From assembly GCA_947165825.1 (NCBI GenBank), contig CAMVBX010000001.1:1-45673 (forward strand): a DNA stretch of 45,673 nucleotides, in the 5' to 3' direction. The stretch is from an uncultured Clostridia bacterium (GTDB lineage Bacteria > Bacillota > Clostridia > Oscillospirales > Oscillospiraceae). Shown one piece after another: positions 35,701 to 41,304 of this stretch; the stretch's first letter is position 1; each line of letters starts with the position of its first letter. The notes beneath the pieces were generated by a model, which saw only the letters and a list, made by a program, of their open reading frames with translations, ran no database searches and was not told the DNA's origin. Position numbers and translations under genes: made by a program.

Positions 35701-36022
35701 GGGGAGCTACTATGAGAAGGCCGTCCTTTGGGCGGTGGAGCAGGGGATCACCCAGGGCGTGAGCGAGACGGAATTTGCGCCGGACGCCACCGTGACCAGA
35801 GCCCAGACCGTGACCTTCCTGTACCGCTTCGCAGGGGCGCATACGAAGGCGGCCGCTGTCTTTGCGGATGTGCCTGTGGATTCCTGGTATGCCGAGGCGG
35901 TGACCTGGGCGGTGGAAAACAAGATCACCAGAGGCACGGGCGACACCACCTTCTCCCCGGACGACGCCTGTGTGCGGGCCCAGATCGTCACCTTCCTTTA
36001 CCGCTATCCGGGAGAGGGATAA
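26741..36022 (+). CDS. Giant (3093 aa) SLH-anchored cell-surface protein with Calx-beta, CARDB-like and Big_2 domains
   Basis: Signal peptide MRKPFVRILAALLIVLMLFQLSGESIAYA. Calx-beta-like segments include SSQDGSAVAGDDYGGVGAKLWFSMGITSRTVELPV near 27.8-28.0 kb. CARDB-like segments lie near 34.2-34.9 kb. A Big_2 segment (YSVSDPAVASVDENGVVTGISEGTATLTA) lies near 35.0 kb. Three C-terminal SLH repeats follow. Most of the central roughly 2000 aa has no domain I recognise. Confidence 0.9.
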   Translation: MRKPFVRILAALLIVLMLFQLSGESIAYAADTLDKALNPEKQIELIVPQSLQDGENYFFIREDTFTISEKSSEKLYIPIQRTGDIDAATDVTLKVIDMSAHFGVNYEARICDEKTAPVTILNGIAVIDLFLYADEQIEAEPIDEDELGTILTENGGSGDILAPDGEVVGSISAVPLDENGNPIPPETGGTASAAPAAEPGDEGESVPNASAEAEAEETALAEDGEPEEEPLSPPRSLMAARNAFTGTQSDRQQLAGGDTFGALSPAQRLEAAQEGQQRTDAEIAAENYPGREYALHFEAGEIVKFLEITPKYSEAADGDSTIILMLKDLPDNAVVPEDFNMRSVVITDEDEHEEVVISLTQETIRAEDGKAVITVTRTGRINDLVGVMLSSQDGSAVAGDDYGGVGAKLWFSMGITSRTVELPVGHGAEEKDFTVTIAPLPTMPDVKIGLASARVIIPAGEKADDGELMASTDLYGDMWNLRDRTRKITGKVNYDSDTTVSYRTSLDKCETQYISLYTDRDYAWDGIHVVYDYHTWYSKGKVDVELNNGDGNWVRVFRKDWGDLDEKWKREQIADAYFGQLEGPWIISIDNYTYEVHNGFRDSHSDIVVTSVQPIKRQFTIKMLAPEALSFEGMTEAEVLARYEQVMLDSGLDTSVTLYTGDNFSISRLSSPEMARLVGIEAVRSDGMTYRIANITGSNGTATVELNPRLINLLAGYGYIEWKESKGSYSGTIQVRPVFDYVKSVTVQVRDSAYGTLCLEDEPPLRWEFDSDQMINVCMGANSRHNVDWQGETDNAGNDYYTFTATGDDPYVSIDMPYANASKLVWVKVRARNLCGADAIELFGKFNDTGPEGTSCVHIDLEQDKEWHTYLVNIPESNIQTVNAYKGATISTTTWKGKANWLRLDPVWNENSSARSGDQIQIDYVAFFSDKEKAESYHNGTAAGTTLTAGRHTFHYGDKLVFLPNLDPAWAGRMRALGISSESRRNGPAGTLTGKNDGYYVGEDGADQWSVTLDQDYYEFWQFYTDVDNLVQVQIPVSDAEYFDTEKGLFAGLAPTVSGNYQIWTVRESVLTNELVDLIALPKDSSHVPVWTLAGNGNTYSGSEFFFFAGVQASDNLVTLRMDRTASDHAWYSLRGTACYSTLNLESGNEADDLYPAEFARITSALSGTESGRDGDFTLEPMYLLGGSIVRYIVHFNGTSMIREVKVAPANAATETVNYLDAAGGYSQIRAIPVDLGNVKVEGWSRTGAHFSNVSVTLANFNPEVITAMEMNGKTLTVKITVDPGQPYIWEGAQCRETVTEVTLWFQSQLTGEIHGIYSTTLQEGETSPGLTWNQMTNTATLTIRRFSPDAPEKYTYGDVMMLQLTTDKKTSAGGSGLMVYQPVSSGYTVITDQNYVPETYEEDVDMSSMLDAALSEENKTRYSFGQFPWLGNITGVFATFSYFVSSGFNNTAQMILDDLQLMEDGDAELMAGVLPRKAAISAAVAFKELPYGGVRTMIAVAVSFGNAAYSRRANPYQAREVASTFLSGITSGSSGDLLYGGGQFNGGESLVQSELGGSYIYFTIYVGLYLDWGFIEKAVTDSDGETEQSHFALFLGAGGFYGISMTGGYTKYVFPWGVPVYFNIEANIDLTVFLGSSADPQKTLESFYETSDHKGQDFAFNMEIYADAGLKLTIGVGLYKIIGVRASGGVGVQAGLSLRMADWFPDLEGADTLSVSTDATFSGSVDLIVTSIDLWSASWPLPLGYGWLQYFQQMRRANILIHFINEEINEHRGSQAARDECRRLADELGAYVDAYQGTGKALKKLVDHLNDYAYDHGIIRPEHWARVNMIRQGGLLGNMAESYYAWMMEDDGQSSLFHTRDHVDTRWVAGEDASLMAAFGPVSTAKLVENAVSQPAAQIAALGNNRFLAVFLDDDASRDRQQAGVLKWAVYDANTNAWTAPQTVQDDGTADGRPNLIDGGDKLILSWSSIPQEKYAAMKLEVARELNVADYNEETEVYTITDDTAVLRTLETNPDRVMNLMDIFTAEFSKSSFTFGPITQLTDDDYYDDGPQAVYDSETGDYVILYYKTAQDTEAYADAEDRLLDLVNSNADPNRTYGVMCYMLYNNQTETPDTKGLTHASGWARDYLFPNETDLAPAAQAAFLAAWGGQRFLASAIKSVGPDGRVIQSDAPIADLTVCSGYNGLAAYAFTVDMDYNVDTAEDKELFVQFYRFADHKTYVPVKVAGEAVKEKLNSAVRDANRRTIVPATVTEAVTPVNVGQPKLIRNEGSTWLFWREDERGLRYLNISELLNKKLETGPGDDDWVYALQDNGTFATDPDTGKPYEPEAQWVDFGSAMTDGKMTITDYQVVTDRDDNLYVVWTDLHSYEVQDDILETTISNPAQAIYASAKIKQTNSDVKEGEVDSIARWSKPYRLTKDNSSNDGVTIALDDNGGLILLHNQFFMELADTEAEIAYMLANHLAGAYHDEESGNDYFLGYPYYPSGMSLMVTRCEPIGSVEATTFVFDDVTPVAGQTVQVAAAVENVGLTNAKGCEVRFYEYRNGVQGRLLQTAYSEEEFQVNSARQVVFDWTIPADGPEGFCIQAVAREKRADGTWYDPTETFSEPFVPKAEYAPELVKCVQSGDGFDVEYTVTNTGNLAAPQGMKADLVLEGLYGDLKEQYGMDDDLLITEDISGLAPGETRTVAKTIVLPVTVFRFCGYDAVTVVVRDQYDEAVKCTDHSFITLDAPLNLELNGGAELALMSGEKKTAALRFDSTGFMDISGKTKYSVSDPAVASVDENGVVTGISEGTATLTATLMPSGRTVEIRVTVSGTAEPGSSDVPTIREYMIGLSGRLENGTVQTGANSAIPGSRVTFTPKPEEGYTVGTVTVTNRNGIPLELIDNGDGTWSFIMPAENVRIGVEFVPAGAPAEEPPAPDQQFADVPAGTWFTDAVAWAVAQGITNGTDETHFSPDVPCTRAQMVTFLWRAAGKPEPAGGEMPFQDVAKGSYYEKAVLWAVEQGITQGVSETEFAPDATVTRAQTVTFLYRFAGAHTKAAAVFADVPVDSWYAEAVTWAVENKITRGTGDTTFSPDDACVRAQIVTFLYRYPGEG
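35501..36009 (+). other. Three tandem SLH (S-layer homology) repeats of the giant protein
   Basis: FADVPAGTWFTDAVAWAVAQGITNG..., FQDVAKGSYYEKAVLWAVEQGITQG... and FADVPVDSWYAEAVTWAVENKITRG..., each ending in TRAQ/VRAQ..VTFLYR. Confidence 0.85.
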
Positions 36023-36037
36023 AACAACAAAAAAACT

Positions 36038-36069
36038 GCCCGGATCCTCCGGAAATCGGGGATCCGGGC
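36038..36069 (+). terminator. Intergenic GC-rich hairpin (possible attenuating terminator; no T-tract)
   Basis: gcccggatcc / ggatccgggc forms a 10-bp stem with a 12-nt loop, 16 nt after the giant gene stop. It is preceded by an A-run and not followed by a T-run. Confidence 0.3.
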
Positions 36070-36094
36070 CATCGTATGAAACAGAGGAAGCGAC

Positions 36095-37240
36095 ATGAAA
36101 AAGAGAATCCTTTCCGCCGCGCTGAGCCTTCTGCTGATTCTGGGGCTGAACGGCGCATCTGCCGCCGGATCCGGGGAGCCCGGATTCTATGCCATGGACG
36201 CTGTGCAGGGAATCACCGTGGAGCCTCTGCTGGCGGAAGGCGGACCGGCGCGGGCAGAACTGGCCGATGTGGACGGAGATGGCCTGGAGGAGGTCTTCTG
36301 GCCCGGGTCCGCGGCGCTGCGGGTGACCGTGGCTGACTCCCGGGAAGAAAGCCAGTATCTCCTTCTGCTCCGGGAGACGGGGGGCGGGACCGTGTATTAT
36401 GCGGATCAGCAAACCGGCGGCGGACCGCTGACTTTCCTCATCCGGTTTTCTCTCCCGGACCGGCAGACGAAGCTGGAGCTTACGGTCAGCAGCGATGCGC
36501 CGGGCTTTGCCCCCCTGCGTGTCTCCCTGGCCTATACGCCTGCCGCTGCGGAGGACGTTCATCCTGCTGAACCGGAGGCGCCGACGCAGCCGACGCCCGG
36601 GCCAGACCCGGCGGGGGAGACCGGGGATCCCCCGGCACAGGGGGAAACCGAACGCCCCTGGCTGACCTGCACCCGGGATGGGCGCTGTCCCCTGACCGCC
36701 TTTTCAGACCTGGATCCGGAGGCATGGTACCATGACGGGATCCACTATGCGCTGGAGCGCGGGATCATGAACGGCTATGACGGCGGCCTGTTTTCCCCCG
36801 GCAGCGCCGCGTCCCGGGCCATGCTGGTGACGATCCTGTGGCGGATGGAAGGCAGCCCTTCCGCGAGCGATGCCATGCCCTTCGGCGACGTGGATCCGGG
36901 AGCCTGGTATGCGGAGGCGATCCGGTGGGCCGCCGGGGTGAAGCTCGTCGGCGGGTATGACCCGGAGACCTTCGGGCCCAACGATCCCGTTACCCGGGAG
37001 CAGTTCGCCGTGATCCTCTGGCGGTATATCCGGATGAAAGACCCGGGCAGGGAGGCTCCGGACCGCCCGCTGGAATTTGCCGATGCGGGGGAGGTTTCCG
37101 ACTGGGCCGACGAGGCTCTGCGCTGGATGACGGCGGAGGGGGTGCTGCGGGGAACGGAGGATCACCGCCTTGCCCCCGGGGAAACCGCGACCCGGGCGCA
37201 GATCGCCACGATGCTGATGCGCTGTGATCCTCTTGGATGA
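36095..37240 (+). CDS. Secreted SLH-domain protein (N-terminal domain unknown)
   Basis: Signal peptide MKKRILSAALSLLLILGLNGASA, a Pro-rich linker, and three C-terminal SLH repeats (FSDLDPEAWYHDGIHYALERGIMNG, FGDVDPGAWYAEAIRWAAG, FADAGEVSDWADEALRWM). Confidence 0.85.
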   Translation: MKKRILSAALSLLLILGLNGASAAGSGEPGFYAMDAVQGITVEPLLAEGGPARAELADVDGDGLEEVFWPGSAALRVTVADSREESQYLLLLRETGGGTVYYADQQTGGGPLTFLIRFSLPDRQTKLELTVSSDAPGFAPLRVSLAYTPAAAEDVHPAEPEAPTQPTPGPDPAGETGDPPAQGETERPWLTCTRDGRCPLTAFSDLDPEAWYHDGIHYALERGIMNGYDGGLFSPGSAASRAMLVTILWRMEGSPSASDAMPFGDVDPGAWYAEAIRWAAGVKLVGGYDPETFGPNDPVTREQFAVILWRYIRMKDPGREAPDRPLEFADAGEVSDWADEALRWMTAEGVLRGTEDHRLAPGETATRAQIATMLMRCDPLG

Positions 37241-37296
37241 ATCGGGCAGATCGCCCCGCTGTAAATATCGAAAGAACCGTTTTGGGAGGTATCGAC

Positions 37297-39432
37297 ATGA
37301 AACACAGAAAGCGTCTTTCTCTCCTGCTGGCCCTGATTCTGGCGCTGTCCCTCTTTTCCGGCCATGCCCTGGCGGCGGATGGGGAGACGGAAGCACCGCT
37401 GACCCGGGGAGAGTTTCTCACCGCGCTCTACGAAATGAGCGGCGATGCGGCTCCGGGGGAGAGCCAGACCGCGTTTGCGGATGTTCCGCCTGACGGGGCG
37501 TTTGCTCCGGCGATCCGCTGGGCTATGGACAGGGGCATCGTCAACGGCTACGGAAACGGCAGATTCGGACCGGATGATCCGGTTACCCTGGAACAAATGG
37601 CCGTGATGCTGTATCGCAGCGCCCTGGCCCTGGATCAGGCGCCCCGGGGCGATTGGCTGTTTCCCCTGGGCTTCCTGGACGCAGACGAGATCTCCCCTTG
37701 GGCGGACAAGGCTGTGCAGTGGGCGGTCATGAACCGGATCCTTTCCGGGACCGGTCAGCGTCTCATGCCGAAGGCGGCGGTGACGGAAGAACAGCTTGCT
37801 CCCATCCTGGAGGGCTGGACGGACTTTCTGGTCCCGGAAGGGGAGAGCAGAGGCACCGTGATCCTCTACACCAGCGACGTCCACTGCGGCATCGATAAAG
37901 GCTTCGGCTATGCCGGGCTCCAGGAGGTGCGGGACGCCCTGATCGCCCAGGGCTATGCGGTGCTCCTGGTGGACGACGGGGACAGCATCCAGGGCGAGCC
38001 GGTGGGGACGATGACGAAGGGAGAAGCGATCCTGGGGCTCATGAATCGGCTGGGCTACTCCGCGGCGATTCCCGGCAACCATGAGTTCGATTACGGCATG
38101 GAACAGTTCCTCTCCCTGGCGGGGATGGCGGATTTCGCGTACATCAGCTGCAATTTCACCTGCCGCGGGGAGCAGGTCTTCCGGCCTTATGTGATCCGGG
38201 AGCTGGGGGGAAAACGGATCGCCTTCGTGGGCGTCACCACCCCGCAGACCATCATTACCTCCACGCCCGGCTTTTTTCAGGATGAGACGGGGGAGTTTAT
38301 CTATGGATTCCTCCAGGATGAAACGGGGGAGGGGGTATATTCCGCCGTTCAGTCTGCCGCGGATGAGGCAAGAGCGGAAGGCGCTGATCACGTGATCCTC
38401 ATGGGGCATTTGGGGAACAGCCTGCAGAGCGCGCCATGGAACTATGCCGACGTGATCTCCCATACCCGGGGGATCGACGCCGTGCTGGACGGGCACAGCC
38501 ACGATGCCGACCAGGTGGTCATGAAGAATGCGGAGGGCGTGCCCACCCCCCGCTCCGCCTGCGGCACGAAACTGGCCAATATCGGCTGGTGCTTCATCGC
38601 GCCGGACGGGAAAGTCAGCACCGGTCTGTATACCTGGAGCGACAGCGTTCCCGCGCCGGAAAAGCTGGGGATCGACAATGAGATGGCCCGGGCTGTGGCG
38701 GAGGCCACCGAAGCGCTGGATCGGAAGCTGGGCGAGACGGTTGCCGTCAGCACGGTGGAGCTCACCATATATGACCCCGCAGCGACGGATGCCGGAGGCA
38801 AGCCGATCCGCATGATCCGGCGGGCGGAGACGAACCTGGGGGATCTGTGCGCGGACGCGTACCTTGACCAATCCGGCGCGGACATCGCCATTGCCGTCGG
38901 CGGCAGCATCCGGGCAAATCTTGCCGCGGGGGACATCACCCTGCGGGATATCCTGACCGTGCATCCCTTCGGAAACTATCTGTGCGTGGCGGAAGTGACC
39001 GGACAGCAGATCCTGGACGCGCTGGAATGGGGCGCGCGCATCGTTCCGGGGGAATGCGGCGGTTTCCTGCAGGTCTCCGGCCTGACCTATGAAATCCACA
39101 GCTATCTTCCCTCCCCCTGCCTGTCGGACGAGAATGGCATGTTCCTTCGCGTTGAGGGCGAGCGCCGGGTGAAGAATGTGCTGGTGGCAGGCGAGCCCAT
39201 CGACCTCTCCGGGACGTACACCCTGGCCGGATTGGATTATACGCTCAAGGAAAACGGCGACGGCTTTACGGTGTTCGACGGCGTGCCCGTCCTGCGGGAC
39301 GGGATTAAGCTGGATCATCAGGTGCTGATCGACTATATGGCCGGGACCCTCGGCGGAGTGGTGGGGGAAGCATACGCGGATCCCTGCGGCCAGGGCCGGA
39401 TCACGATCGTCGACAGTCCTGCGGAGCCATGA
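37297..39432 (+). CDS. SLH-anchored bifunctional metallophosphatase / 5'-nucleotidase (UshA family)
   Basis: Start trimmed to MKHRKRLS after a GGGAGG RBS. It has a signal peptide and two SLH repeats. The metallophosphatase motifs are YTSDVHCG, VDDGDSIQG and PGNHEFDYG, followed by a C-terminal 5'-nucleotidase substrate domain. Confidence 0.9.
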   Translation: MKHRKRLSLLLALILALSLFSGHALAADGETEAPLTRGEFLTALYEMSGDAAPGESQTAFADVPPDGAFAPAIRWAMDRGIVNGYGNGRFGPDDPVTLEQMAVMLYRSALALDQAPRGDWLFPLGFLDADEISPWADKAVQWAVMNRILSGTGQRLMPKAAVTEEQLAPILEGWTDFLVPEGESRGTVILYTSDVHCGIDKGFGYAGLQEVRDALIAQGYAVLLVDDGDSIQGEPVGTMTKGEAILGLMNRLGYSAAIPGNHEFDYGMEQFLSLAGMADFAYISCNFTCRGEQVFRPYVIRELGGKRIAFVGVTTPQTIITSTPGFFQDETGEFIYGFLQDETGEGVYSAVQSAADEARAEGADHVILMGHLGNSLQSAPWNYADVISHTRGIDAVLDGHSHDADQVVMKNAEGVPTPRSACGTKLANIGWCFIAPDGKVSTGLYTWSDSVPAPEKLGIDNEMARAVAEATEALDRKLGETVAVSTVELTIYDPAATDAGGKPIRMIRRAETNLGDLCADAYLDQSGADIAIAVGGSIRANLAAGDITLRDILTVHPFGNYLCVAEVTGQQILDALEWGARIVPGECGGFLQVSGLTYEIHSYLPSPCLSDENGMFLRVEGERRVKNVLVAGEPIDLSGTYTLAGLDYTLKENGDGFTVFDGVPVLRDGIKLDHQVLIDYMAGTLGGVVGEAYADPCGQGRITIVDSPAEP

Positions 39433-39496
39433 GCCGCTCCGGAGGGAGGTCCCTGCTCCCCGCCGGAGAAAAGGGGAAGAAAGGGAGAAGGACCGC

Positions 39497-40141
39497 ATGA
39501 AGCTTTCTCACGATGCTTCGGGATTCGTCCTGCTGAGCGAGGCTGTGCCGGAGATCATTCAGGAGATCCGGTATGCCTCGGCGGAGAATTTCATCGGGAC
39601 CCGGATCGACGGATATTGGGAACCCGCCGCCCTCCTGACCCGGGAGGCCGCGGATGCGCTGCGGGCGGTGAGCGCAGACCTGGCAGTCAGGGGACTGCGG
39701 CTGAAGGTCTTCGATGCCTATCGCCCCCGGCAGGCCGTGGACCATTTTCTCCGTTGGGCGAAGGACCCGGCGGATACCCGCAGGAAAGCGGAGTATTATC
39801 CGGAGCTGAAAAAGGAAACGCTGATCCCATTGGGGTATATCGCAGAAGAATCCGCCCACAGCCGGGGCAGCGCCGTGGACCTGACGCTCTGCGGCGGGAT
39901 GGGGCGGGAGCTGGACATGGGCAGCCCCTTCGATCGGTTCGGCCCGATCAGCCGCCCGGACTATCCGGGGATCACGGCGGAGCAGCGGACCAATCGCCTG
40001 CTGCTGCGGGAGGCCATGCGGGCCCGGGGCTTTTTGCCGCTGGAGGAGGAATGGTGGCATTTCACCCTGGCGGCTGAGCCTTATCCCGATACCTGCTTCA
40101 CCTTCCCGGTGAGCCGCTCCGTGTTGTCCGGAGGCCTGTGA
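39497..40141 (+). CDS. D-alanyl-D-alanine dipeptidase (VanX/DdpX, peptidase M15D)
   Basis: Motifs VFDAYRP, SAHSRGSAVDLTL and EEEWWHFTL are characteristic of VanX-type dipeptidases. Confidence 0.85.
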   Translation: MKLSHDASGFVLLSEAVPEIIQEIRYASAENFIGTRIDGYWEPAALLTREAADALRAVSADLAVRGLRLKVFDAYRPRQAVDHFLRWAKDPADTRRKAEYYPELKKETLIPLGYIAEESAHSRGSAVDLTLCGGMGRELDMGSPFDRFGPISRPDYPGITAEQRTNRLLLREAMRARGFLPLEEEWWHFTLAAEPYPDTCFTFPVSRSVLSGGL

Positions 40142-40165
40142 ATTCTCCGGGAAGAGCCGACTGTC

Positions 40166-40205
40166 TTGGACATTTATTGGACACGGACGGATATTCTGCT
40201 ATACT
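40166..40205 (+). promoter_or_regulatory. Direct-repeat (TTGGACA-N4-TTGGACA) promoter, copy 2
   Basis: The 28 nt at 40166-40193 are identical to 19505-19532. The 3' heptamer lies 8 nt from tattct (40192-40197). Read as a sigma-70 promoter instead, TTGGAC (40177-40182), a 17-nt spacer and TATACT (40200-40205) also fit. It lies about 100 nt upstream of the STAS gene. Confidence 0.6.
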
Positions 40206-40304
40206 GAACGTATCCTGCGCTGCGGAAACGGCTGGATCAGAATCCCCTGCGGTCCGCAGGCAGGTTTATCCCGACCGTACGGAATCGGATAAGGAGGTTG
40301 CGAT

Positions 40305-40601
40305 ATGACCATCAACAAAACCGGAAGCGGAAGCAAGCTGACCCTGGCCTTGGCGGGCCGTCTGGATACCGTTACCGCGCCAGAGCTGGAAAAGGAACTG
40401 CAGGATTCCCTGGAGGGGATCGATACGCTCATTTTCGATTTCTCCGGTCTGGAGTACGTCTCCTCCGCCGGGCTGCGTGTGCTGCTTTCGGCGCAGAAGA
40501 CCATGAACAAGCAGGGAGAAATGAAGCTTACTCATGTGAACGAAAGCATCATGGAAATTTTTGAGGTCACCGGCTTTACGGATATCCTGACCTTCGAATA
40601 A
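40305..40601 (+). CDS. STAS domain anti-sigma-factor antagonist (SpoIIAA/RsbV-like)
   Basis: 98 aa after an AAGGAGG RBS. The conserved phospho-Ser context FSGLEYVSSAGLRVLL is present, and the C-terminal MEIFEVTGF segment is typical of the family. Confidence 0.9.
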   Translation: MTINKTGSGSKLTLALAGRLDTVTAPELEKELQDSLEGIDTLIFDFSGLEYVSSAGLRVLLSAQKTMNKQGEMKLTHVNESIMEIFEVTGFTDILTFE

Positions 40602-40620
40602 GCGGAGGGAGAAGAGCGGA

Positions 40621-41238
40621 ATGAAGACAGCAAGGATCAAAGTCACGACCCGGGGCGAAGGAATGGAAGAAGCCCTGGCGGCAACGGAGAAACTGGGGAC
40701 CGACAGCGGTCTCGCGCACAAGGAGCAGCTGCGGCTCCGCCTGTTGGCGGAGGAGCTGATCGGCCTGATGCGGGGCATTGCGGGCAGCGTGGAGGCCTGC
40801 TATCAGGCGGAGCAGGAGGAGCGGAGATTCCGCCTTTGCCTCAGCGCCGATGTTACGCTGGACAAGGAGATGCGCAAGCAGCTGCTGGCCGCCTCCTCCA
40901 GCGGGAAAAACGCGGCGGCCCGGGGATTCATGGGAAAACTCCGGGAAATGGTGGCCATCGTTGTGCTTCCAAAGAGCCAGAGTTCGCCCGGGGTGTCCAA
41001 TCTCTCTCTGGGTCTGATCAGCATGGGCAGCCCCAGAGGGTATGTTTCCGGCGCGGATACCTATAACTGGTCCATGAGCACCTATATGTCCGAGGTCAAA
41101 AGCAAGCGGGGAGAGAACGCGGAAGCCGACGAGGCCTGGGACGAACTGGAAAAGTCCATTGTGGCCAACCTGGCGGATGAGGTCACCGTACAGATCGTGG
41201 GGCACAACGCGGAGATCACCATTACCAAGGCTTTCTAA
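40621..41238 (+). CDS. Hypothetical protein (205 aa) inside the partner-switching module
   Basis: GGAGGGAG RBS and codon usage like its neighbours. No family recognised. Confidence 0.6.
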   Translation: MKTARIKVTTRGEGMEEALAATEKLGTDSGLAHKEQLRLRLLAEELIGLMRGIAGSVEACYQAEQEERRFRLCLSADVTLDKEMRKQLLAASSSGKNAAARGFMGKLREMVAIVVLPKSQSSPGVSNLSLGLISMGSPRGYVSGADTYNWSMSTYMSEVKSKRGENAEADEAWDELEKSIVANLADEVTVQIVGHNAEITITKAF

Positions 41239-41304
41239 GGCACAGTACGGCATAGACGAAGGAAACGGCGCTGCCACGAATATGGGAAGAGGAGACGGAA
41301 GGGT

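Noticed and set aside
31694-36562. 1622-aa minus-strand ORF antisense to the giant SLH gene. Similar long antisense ORFs occur at 28481-30685, 26657-28342, 25239-26753, 20405-22999, 18255-19670, 37162-39498, 40576-43044, 42828-44168, 10013-12196 (+), 15517-17181 (+), 8495-9469 (+), 7184-8071 (+) and 4870-6075 (+).
   Set aside because: They are Arg/Gly/Pro/His/Ala-rich with no recognisable motifs. Each lies opposite an ORF with clear family signatures, RBS and operon logic. This is the typical stop-codon-poor antisense frame of high-GC DNA.
39497-40141. Vancomycin-resistance (van) operon.
   Set aside because: Only a VanX-type dipeptidase is present. No VanH, VanA/B ligase or VanRS genes are adjacent, so a DdpX-like housekeeping or remodelling role is more likely.
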